From NCBI GenBank assembly GCA_027001995.1, contig JALTLO010000125.1:1-14076 (forward strand): 14,076 nt of DNA. Direction: 5' to 3'. This DNA comes from Planctomycetota bacterium. Its GTDB lineage: Bacteria > Planctomycetota > GCA-002687715 > DRQF01. The position numbers and the translations under genes were made by a program. Shown one piece after another: positions 7,835-14,076 of the stretch; the stretch's first letter is position 1, and each line of letters starts with the position of its first letter. Under the pieces are notes generated by a model that was given only the letters and a program-made list of their open reading frames with translations, searched no databases and was not told the origin of the DNA.

Positions 7835-9094
7835 TCAGATTCCGGCGGAAGCTGGCATGGAGATGGTGTTTGTGGCCACATCCACCGCTTGCATTGTGAT
7901 TCTAAGCCCCACTGGAAGATTGTTGGTGACAAATGTAATAGTTGCCGCACCGGTGCTGCTGGCATAGCGAGAAAAATCGAGGCTTTGCACAGAGATACCA
8001 AAGAGAGGGTCAGAAGGGTTCACGTAGATATAGGGGAATCCACTCATATTCGAAACGGTTAAGGTTGAGGGTGCAGGAAAGACGCTGTGGGAAGCAAAAA
8101 GCTGTACGATTTGAAACGGTGTGGCTCCCTCCACGGCATAGCTGTGGGTACCCGCAGGAGATGGCACTGTTGTGGGACTAAAGAGCCGAAAGGTGTTCTT
8201 GTCGGTGGGCAGAAAGGCGATGCCTTCCAATACTTCCTCGTCGATGAAGCCGAGGGTTGCGGAATTGATGTCGTTGCCAAAGTGTTGGGGGAATGATCCG
8301 CCGTTTGCGGTCGAAAAGAGTCGGCCTTCGATTGCTGAGTTGGTTGAGCCAATGCCGAAAATGAAATCTCCTGGGGATGCTGGATCGGCGGCAAAAGCGG
8401 TCAAGTCGACGATGGTGGAAAAGGTGGTACCCATGGCAGTGCTAACGACCTGCAGGATATCGTTCTTAGTGAAGGCTATCTGGGCCATGGTTGAGCCGGG
8501 AAGAATCATAAAGACTGTGGATTCATCCAGATTTGCAGCACCGTTGTTCTGGGTTGCCAAACTATTGGAGGTGGTCACCTCATCGTTGGCGAAGGAAAAA
8601 TAGAGCGTCCCGTCGGCTGCTTCATGAAAAGCATCCACATCAATGGTCGATGTTTGGGTTGCCGTGGCAAAGAATACTTCTGGATAGATCACATTGATCT
8701 GCCCGTCTGCTTCAATAGCAAAGACGTCGCCGTCTACAACCGTACCGCCCATGACTTCCATCGTTTGATCTACAGACAGAAGAAGTCCGGTCATATTCGG
8801 TGCTTGTGAGTTGGTCGCTAGGGCAATGGCGTCAATGTTCTTGTCAAAGTCGTTGAAGTTGAAGTCTCCGTCGGCGTCGCCCAGCATGGTAGAAAGGGCG
8901 GTGTTGGGGACGAAATGACGGGCATCCAGCAAATGACCATCAATGACCAAAAGTTCGTTGTTCTCGAATTCACCTCCTGGACCACCTTGGGTGGCAGCAA
9001 AAGTTTTGGTGGTAAAGATCATGGATTGGGCCAAGACTGTCTTATGAGAAATCATGGCTAGGGCGATCAGAATGACTAACTGCAATTGTTTCAT
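7835..9094 (-). CDS. Secreted acidic repeat-containing protein of unknown function
   Basis: ATG 9094 with GGAGA upstream gives a classical signal peptide MKQLQLVILIALAMISHKTVLA|Q. The track's 53-aa N-terminal extension to 9253 looks non-coding. Internal D(V/I)DA-type repeats are present. Confidence 0.85.
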   Translation of the reverse strand: MKQLQLVILIALAMISHKTVLAQSMIFTTKTFAATQGGPGGEFENNELLVIDGHLLDARHFVPNTALSTMLGDADGDFNFNDFDKNIDAIALATNSQAPNMTGLLLSVDQTMEVMGGTVVDGDVFAIEADGQINVIYPEVFFATATQTSTIDVDAFHEAADGTLYFSFANDEVTTSNSLATQNNGAANLDESTVFMILPGSTMAQIAFTKNDILQVVSTAMGTTFSTIVDLTAFAADPASPGDFIFGIGSTNSAIEGRLFSTANGGSFPQHFGNDINSATLGFIDEEVLEGIAFLPTDKNTFRLFSPTTVPSPAGTHSYAVEGATPFQIVQLFASHSVFPAPSTLTVSNMSGFPYIYVNPSDPLFGISVQSLDFSRYASSTGAATITFVTNNLPVGLRITMQAVDVATNTISMPASAGI

Positions 9095-9304
9095 GGGGAT
9101 CTCCGTGACGATCGAGCAGATCAAAGCGGAGAGGTGAGTGTCCAAACATGAAGACGTCAACTGGGCCATGGGTGGACAGCGAAAAATCAGGAAAACTTGC
9201 GGCGACCAAGAAGCTGGAAGTTCGTGGCCCTTCTTCGATGAGTTTTTCTTCAATCGTCGCTTGGAACATTGACGGGAAGGTTGCCGATATCTGTTGACGC
9301 AATG

Positions 9305-9331
9305 AAAAGGCGGGGCTCATTGAGCCCCGCC
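9305..9331 (-). terminator. Rho-independent terminator of the PPIase operon
   Basis: Perfect inverted repeat GGCGGGGCTCA / TGAGCCCCGCC followed by TTTT on the minus strand, about 45 bp after the stop at 9375. Confidence 0.85.
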
Positions 9332-9374
9332 GTGAATTAGTGTTGGATATTTTGGATCGAGGTTACTGAACTTT

Positions 9375-10889
9375 CTACGGATCAACCTGCTCGATCTTTG
9401 CTTGCTTGATTTTGAGGAGTTCGTCCCGAGGCGTCAGTGTGATTTCTGCTTCGTCATGAAGCTTGCGCAGCCAGAGTGTCATCTGGTGAGACTCGTATTC
9501 ATCACGAATCCAGTTGGCATAACGGGGGTCGTAGAAGTCAATTGGGCCACTCTTGGGTGGACTCACCTCATCTGCCATGATGATGTGCCAGCCGAAGACG
9601 GATTTGACGGGGCCGGTAATTTCACCTTTCTTGTTCAGCTTGCAGGCCGCTTTTGAGAAATCCCGGTCGTAAGAACCGCCCAGCTCTTTGACCGGTTGGG
9701 GCAAAAGTCCACCAGAAGCGGCATTGGTGGCATCGTCGGAGTATTTTTTGCACAAATCGTCAAAGGAAACACCTTCTTCGATGAGCTCCAAAATTCTCTC
9801 GGCTTTTGCTTTCGCCTTCTCTTCGACATTTTCGCCTTTGCTGAGACCAGTGGACATGTCGACGGTACTGATGAGGATATGCTTCACTTTGACATACCGT
9901 GAACGGAAGTGGGCTTCGTGGGCCTTGCGGAATTCTTGGATCTTCTCCGATGAGACATCTGCGTTCGTTGTACGAATCCATGCTTGCACGTTGTGCCAGC
10001 GGACACGTTCTTGGTCGGGGGTTAATCCCTTTGCTTGAAGGACCATGTTCCAGCTGAAAGGAGGCTTGAACTTCTCTTGCATTTCTCGGACGTAGCCTTC
10101 GATTTCAGAATCGGTAACAATGACTCCCGCATTGTTCTTGGCTCGCTCTACTAAGAAGTTGGAGACCATTTGACGTTGCCCCTGGAGGACTGTCGTCGGC
10201 CGCAAGACTCCTCGGAGGAAATTCATCGCTTCGTAGGGCAGCACTTTGTAGGTGACCTTCTTGCCTTTGATGATGGTACTCAGGGCTGCAATCGCCCCTT
10301 TGGGGGGAGCGGGTTTACGTCCACGAATCATGATGGAGTAACGGTTGACCAACTCGCCTTTGTAGAGGCGAAGCAGAAAACCGTTGGCTTGGGAAGTCCG
10401 TTGTTCCTCGGAGACGTTCTTCGCCTTCCACATCAACTCCTTCCACCCGCGGGAAGTCCTGGCTGTTCGCATCAGGTAATCCCGAGTGAAGGAGCCATCC
10501 GCGATGAGCTGTTCCGCAGTCTTGTTAGGAGCGAAGCGGGGCAAAATCTCTGCCAGTTCTTCGTCCAATTGTTCTTGGGAAAGCTCGAGTCCAGCCCGCT
10601 GCATTTCTAACTCGCACATCTTCATATCGATGAGGTTGTTGGCGATTGTATCCAGGTTGGTTTCAAGGAGCACCCACATGAGGTCGGCGAAATCGAGCTC
10701 AACACCGTCGACGATGGCGGCCACTCCAGGCGAAACTTTGACGCTATTGCGATCGACGGACTCAACCGCCACGAAGTTTTTCTTCAAGGGCGGAAGGGGG
10801 ACTGGAGAATTCAAGAAGTCCTGGGCCAAACAAGGGCTCAAGAAAAGGGCCGTAAGGACAAGTGAAAAAAGCCAGTTTTTGCGGCTCAT
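9375..10889 (-). CDS. Exported parvulin (PpiC)-type peptidyl-prolyl isomerase / foldase, PrsA/SurA-like
   Basis: Signal peptide MSRKNWLFSLVLTALFLSPCLA|Q. Parvulin motifs VKVKHILIS, KAKAKAERIL, SFDDLCKKYSDD, SGGLL, FSKAACKL, GEITGPVKSVFGWHII. C-terminal helix WLRKLHDEAEI. Confidence 0.92.
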   Translation of the reverse strand: MSRKNWLFSLVLTALFLSPCLAQDFLNSPVPLPPLKKNFVAVESVDRNSVKVSPGVAAIVDGVELDFADLMWVLLETNLDTIANNLIDMKMCELEMQRAGLELSQEQLDEELAEILPRFAPNKTAEQLIADGSFTRDYLMRTARTSRGWKELMWKAKNVSEEQRTSQANGFLLRLYKGELVNRYSIMIRGRKPAPPKGAIAALSTIIKGKKVTYKVLPYEAMNFLRGVLRPTTVLQGQRQMVSNFLVERAKNNAGVIVTDSEIEGYVREMQEKFKPPFSWNMVLQAKGLTPDQERVRWHNVQAWIRTTNADVSSEKIQEFRKAHEAHFRSRYVKVKHILISTVDMSTGLSKGENVEEKAKAKAERILELIEEGVSFDDLCKKYSDDATNAASGGLLPQPVKELGGSYDRDFSKAACKLNKKGEITGPVKSVFGWHIIMADEVSPPKSGPIDFYDPRYANWIRDEYESHQMTLWLRKLHDEAEITLTPRDELLKIKQAKIEQVDP

Positions 10890-10916
10890 CGGTGTTCAAA
10901 CTCCAAATAGGGCTAT

Positions 10917-12809
10917 CTATCTACGTCGATATCGTATTCGCAGGCGCTTTACTTGCGGCAAAGACCCGATTCCTTTGCCCGTTCGGGGAAGAAACCTCAG
11001 TCGGACACGAATCTTACGGCAATTTTCGATTGCCTCCAAGCGGCTCCACGGGGTTAGGCTGCCATCTGGGCGTCTTCCCTGAAAAAGAAACCGAAAATCT
11101 TCATGCTCAGCCCCTTTGGCGTCCAGATAGTCAGCGGAGGGGATGTGAAAATACTCAGGATTGTCGATTTCAGCCACATACCAGGCGGAGATCACTTCCA
11201 AGTAGTTCTGAATGTGAATTCTCGTCGCAAATTCCAGAGAAGCTAAGAGGTTTTTTCCTGATTCGCTGGGCCAATCTCGGTTTTGCAGCAAGAAATTGGG
11301 ATTGCGAACTTCGGATTCCTTGACCCACCAGTTCAAATTGAGCAGTTCTTTTGCCACTTTCTTGCCATCCAAAGGGCTACTGCCATTGATGTTGTTGATT
11401 TCGATGACCACGTCTCGGCGATTTCCCACATAGTGAAAAGGGCGCTCAAACATGAAATCGATCCAGGCTCCGTCTTCAAGGAGAGGGGCGTCTTTGTGCC
11501 ATTCCGCTAACCTCTGGCGGACAACGTACTCTCCGCGAGTAGACCCGCTCATGACGGTCTGGATGGCGGGTGTTGCACTGTTTGATGAAATATTGGATTC
11601 GAAATCGGGATTGAGACCACTTTCTTGAACCTCTCTTGTGGCATGTCCCAGTCGAATCAATAGGCGAGGAAAAATGATATCTTGGGCAATCAAATAGGGC
11701 TGCTTTCTTTCTTGCTCTCCTTTTCTCTTCGATTCCGGGGATAGACCGCAAAACCAACTGAACCCGGTGATGGTCCCGGGCATCTCGCCCAGGAGACTAC
11801 CCGGGATTCTCAGTTGACTGCGTGAGCCTTCTCGGTTCCATGGCGTTGGAGCCCGCGTGAGGTGGGCGTAGCTCTTAGCTCCGGCAGATTTTGTTGTGAT
11901 GGGCGCTAACTGGGGCCTCGCCCCTTCGAGAGATGGATCTAAGGAGGGATTCTCTTCCAAAGGGAGATCTTTGGTCAGAAAGCTGACATCGATGTGTCCT
12001 TCGAATCCGGTAAATTTCCCGCTGCTGAGACTGACGGTGAATTCTTGCTCGCATTGGCTTCCATTTCGAGCTTTGATGACGTCTTTGCGGAGGAAGAGCC
12101 GGTAGCGACAGGAAGGAAGAAAGGTGGCGGTGGTGGGCCAAGGAGTTACGACGAGCTTGGTGTTGCGATCAGCGAGCTCTAGCTTCACCCGGGATGTTTG
12201 GCCCAACTTCCCATTGTCTTGGATGATCTGCAAGGTGGCTGGTGTTTGGCTTTGGCGTATGGAATTTGGATCTAAAGGTAGACTTGCCCTGAGGGTGAAT
12301 GACGATCCGACTTGTAGATTGCTTCTCGCTGCCAAAGGTGGGGGAAAGAACTCTAAGAGCTGACCATAGTCAAGGAACTTGTTTCCTACATGGATGATGT
12401 AGTTGTAGTCATGCTCGAGTGTTCTGCGTGACTGATTGCGGAACGGAACCGCAAGTCCGCGGCGAACCTGCAAGCGGAGGACGGAGTTTTCAGGCCAATT
12501 CGTCGCCGCCAATGGACGTAAAATAACCCGATTCTCTTCCACCGTTGTGTGAAAGGGGACGGTTTCGAAATCCCCTTTATTGACTAAGGAAATGAGGGCT
12601 TGGACCGGCGTTTCCAAATGAATGTTGTCGGAAAACTTGAGCTCAATGGGGCCATTGACCGCCAATTCTGACCCTAAGCATGTTACTTGGGTCAGAATGA
12701 ATGGGTCTTGCTCTTTCGGTGCGCATCTTTTGAGGATGAATGCCATGGCTGCGGCTGTAGCCAAGAGCATGAGGGCCATGGATTGCCAGTTATTGCCGCC
12801 TTTTCTCAT
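10917..12809 (-). CDS. Membrane-anchored or exported protein with bacterial Ig-like (Big_5/SbsA-type) domains
   Basis: GGAGAG RBS and an N-terminal hydrophobic helix. Two Ig-like segments (NGPIELKFSDNI...VILRPLAATNWPENSVLRLQV and SFTLRASLPLDPNSI...KLVVTP...LPSCRYRLFL). Ends 27 bp upstream of the PPIase start. Confidence 0.75.
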   Translation of the reverse strand: MRKGGNNWQSMALMLLATAAAMAFILKRCAPKEQDPFILTQVTCLGSELAVNGPIELKFSDNIHLETPVQALISLVNKGDFETVPFHTTVEENRVILRPLAATNWPENSVLRLQVRRGLAVPFRNQSRRTLEHDYNYIIHVGNKFLDYGQLLEFFPPPLAARSNLQVGSSFTLRASLPLDPNSIRQSQTPATLQIIQDNGKLGQTSRVKLELADRNTKLVVTPWPTTATFLPSCRYRLFLRKDVIKARNGSQCEQEFTVSLSSGKFTGFEGHIDVSFLTKDLPLEENPSLDPSLEGARPQLAPITTKSAGAKSYAHLTRAPTPWNREGSRSQLRIPGSLLGEMPGTITGFSWFCGLSPESKRKGEQERKQPYLIAQDIIFPRLLIRLGHATREVQESGLNPDFESNISSNSATPAIQTVMSGSTRGEYVVRQRLAEWHKDAPLLEDGAWIDFMFERPFHYVGNRRDVVIEINNINGSSPLDGKKVAKELLNLNWWVKESEVRNPNFLLQNRDWPSESGKNLLASLEFATRIHIQNYLEVISAWYVAEIDNPEYFHIPSADYLDAKGAEHEDFRFLFQGRRPDGSLTPWSRLEAIENCRKIRVRLRFLPRTGKGIGSLPQVKRLRIRYRRR

Positions 12810-12895
12810 TTCTCTCCAAAATCTCTAAAACTCGGTGAGAGCCATTCTGCGAGGTTCTGTGGACCGAGTGAGTGTTGTTTATCAGGGGGACGTGG

Positions 12896-12925
12896 GTTGA
12901 CGTCTCGGTTCTCGTCGCAGTTCTT
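12896..12925 (-). promoter_or_regulatory. Candidate ECF-sigma promoter (GAAC-N17-CGTC)
   Basis: Minus strand reads AAGAAC-tgcgacgagaaccgaga-CGTCAAC, ending about 87 bp upstream of ATG 12809. This matches the generic ECF AAC...CGT layout, but the motif is short and could be chance. Confidence 0.35.
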
Positions 12926-12979
12926 TCTATGATCGTCTTCTAATCTCTTGTGTTTCATCGTGTTGTCTCGGAGATCGTC

Positions 12980-13672
12980 ATGCTTTCGGACCCTCGCTCA
13001 ATATCCTACGTTTTGGAGTGCATTCATGCTCCCCTGAGACATGATGCTCAAGCACTCAAGCGCCTTTACGCCAAGACAATTGAAGAACCGATCTTGGGTT
13101 ACTCCAATTTCAATACGGGCCCAGCCGGGGCTCAAATGACTGCTGTCCATGGGCCTGCGAGTTTTCCCAATACCACAAGCCATTCTATGCTTGTGGTTGC
13201 GCCAGATCGGGTTCAAATCAAGGAAGAATGGCCTTCTATCAGCGTTGACGACTTTATCAACCGAGGCAAACTGGCCCTCAACCTAGCCGTGGAGGAGCTT
13301 AAGATCCCGGGTTTCGTCGCGATTCAGGCCATGGTGCGGTGTTTAGCGAGTCCTCAGGGCGTTGAAGACTGCCGGGCTTGGCTAAACGATCGATTCGTGG
13401 GCATTGGGCAAGATGACATCAATCAACTTGGAAGGACACCAGGTTTGTTTGGCCTTCGTTTGGCATTTCCGGGGACAAAGGAAGATCCGGGCCTCCACAA
13501 CATTCGTATTGAGTCTTTTGGGGGCGACAACCGTTCGATCTTCATGGAAGACTCCGCCGTTTACAGTGGGCAGGTCGCCCCCAATCAGTTTGAGAGAATT
13601 GAAGAAGTGGTGCGAGGGTCTTACGGCTTCTTGACCGGACCCGTGATCAATTGGTTGGATCGGACTCCCTGA
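12980..13672 (+). CDS. Hypothetical cytoplasmic protein (weak resemblance to the TIGR04255-like family)
   Basis: 230-aa ORF from ATG 12980 with GGAGA upstream, no signal peptide and an alpha/beta pattern (LVVAPDRVQIKEEW...DDFINR). The family resemblance is from recall only. Confidence 0.7.
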   Translation: MLSDPRSISYVLECIHAPLRHDAQALKRLYAKTIEEPILGYSNFNTGPAGAQMTAVHGPASFPNTTSHSMLVVAPDRVQIKEEWPSISVDDFINRGKLALNLAVEELKIPGFVAIQAMVRCLASPQGVEDCRAWLNDRFVGIGQDDINQLGRTPGLFGLRLAFPGTKEDPGLHNIRIESFGGDNRSIFMEDSAVYSGQVAPNQFERIEEVVRGSYGFLTGPVINWLDRTP

Positions 13673-13902
13673 CCCGAATAATTCACGACCTCGCGGCCGC
13701 CAGGGGTGGCATAGCGCCCGTACTCTGCATCAGTCGCCCCTCACGACCACGTGGTCGCAGCAGGGCGACTTCTTTGATTACGAACACTCTGCCACCCCTG
13801 GCCGTGTTGTGTTTTGAAAAGAAGACTTAAGAACTGCTGTTCTGAGCTTTCTTTGCGGGGCATTTTCTCACACAACGACCACGATCTCATGAATCAGTCG
13901 GG
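13673..13902. mobile_element. MITE-like element, 230 bp, with imperfect 27-bp terminal inverted repeats
   Basis: Left end CCCGAATAATTCACGACCTCGCGGCCG (13673-13699) matches the reverse complement of the right end CCCGACTGATTCATGAGATCGTGGTCG (13876-13902) at 20/27. Flanks are CTGA and CTGG. No ORF; two internal hairpins. Confidence 0.75.
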
Positions 13903-13906
13903 CTGG

Positions 13907-14009
13907 CCCGAATAATTCACGACCTCGCGGCCGCCAGGGGTGGCATAGCGCCCGTACTCTGCATCAGTCGCCCCTCATGGCCAGGTGGGCGATCTCGTCA
14001 ACTCGCTGG
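13907..14009. repeat. Second, truncated or internally deleted tandem copy of the element
   Basis: 13907-13977 is identical (71/71) to 13673-13743 and continues at 10/14 to 13991. A decayed right-TIR-like stretch (CGATCTCGTCAACTCGCTGG) follows, then CTAA. Confidence 0.8.
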
Positions 14010-14014
14010 CTAAC

Positions 14015-14051
14015 AAAAAAAACGGTCGTGATCCTTTGGGTCACGACCGTT
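14015..14051 (-). terminator. Rho-independent terminator, probably for a minus-strand gene entering from beyond the right edge (may be bidirectional)
   Basis: Stem AACGGTCGTGATCC / GGGTCACGACCGTT (13/14 Watson-Crick) with a 3-nt loop. The A8 run at 14015-14022 gives a U-tract on the minus strand, and TTCTT follows on the plus strand. Confidence 0.85.
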
Positions 14052-14076
14052 CTTGATTTGCACCACGAGTCTTAGT

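Noticed and set aside
9095..9253. 53-aa N-terminal extension of the secreted protein
   Set aside because: It has a TTG start and non-protein-like composition. ATG 9094 has an RBS and gives a canonical signal peptide.
13673..13902. Known housekeeping RNAs (SRP, 6S, RNase P, tmRNA, tRNA)
   Set aside because: No SRP GGAA-loop domain IV, RNase P GGAAAGUC signature, tRNA-like T-loop/CCA or 6S central-bubble rod. Tandem duplication is atypical for these RNAs. A cmscan is still needed to exclude them formally.
13673..13977. CRISPR array interpretation of the direct repeat
   Set aside because: Only two copies, 71 bp long with a 163-bp interval, and no cas genes. The TIR architecture explains it better.

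Overview
A 14-kb bacterial chromosomal window, mostly coding on the minus strand. The style of the secreted proteins suggests Planctomycetota, but that is inference only. From left to right: a membrane-anchored anti-sigma factor that runs off the left edge and is missing from the supplied ORF track, coupled to an RpoE-like ECF sigma factor; a RibB-RibA fusion whose GTP cyclohydrolase II half has lost two of three Zn-binding cysteines (RibBX-like); divergent rsgA; a translationally coupled three-gene operon (nine carboxypeptidase-regulatory-like repeats, an unknown membrane-anchored protein, DUF2752); a secreted acidic repeat protein; an operon of an Ig-like (Big_5-type) protein and a PrsA/SurA-type parvulin with an apparently duplicated chaperone domain; and a divergent hypothetical gene. 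The most striking non-coding feature begins exactly at that gene's stop codon: a 230-bp MITE-like element with 27-bp imperfect terminal inverted repeats and two long internal hairpins. All seven of its transition-type stem mismatches in the outer stem and first arm read as G-U wobbles on the minus strand only. A partial second copy follows in tandem after 4 bp. I see no CRISPR array, tRNA, rRNA or transposase, and cannot claim a new system from sequence alone. The best leads are the structured element, the RibBX pseudo-enzyme and the pseudo-dimeric foldase.
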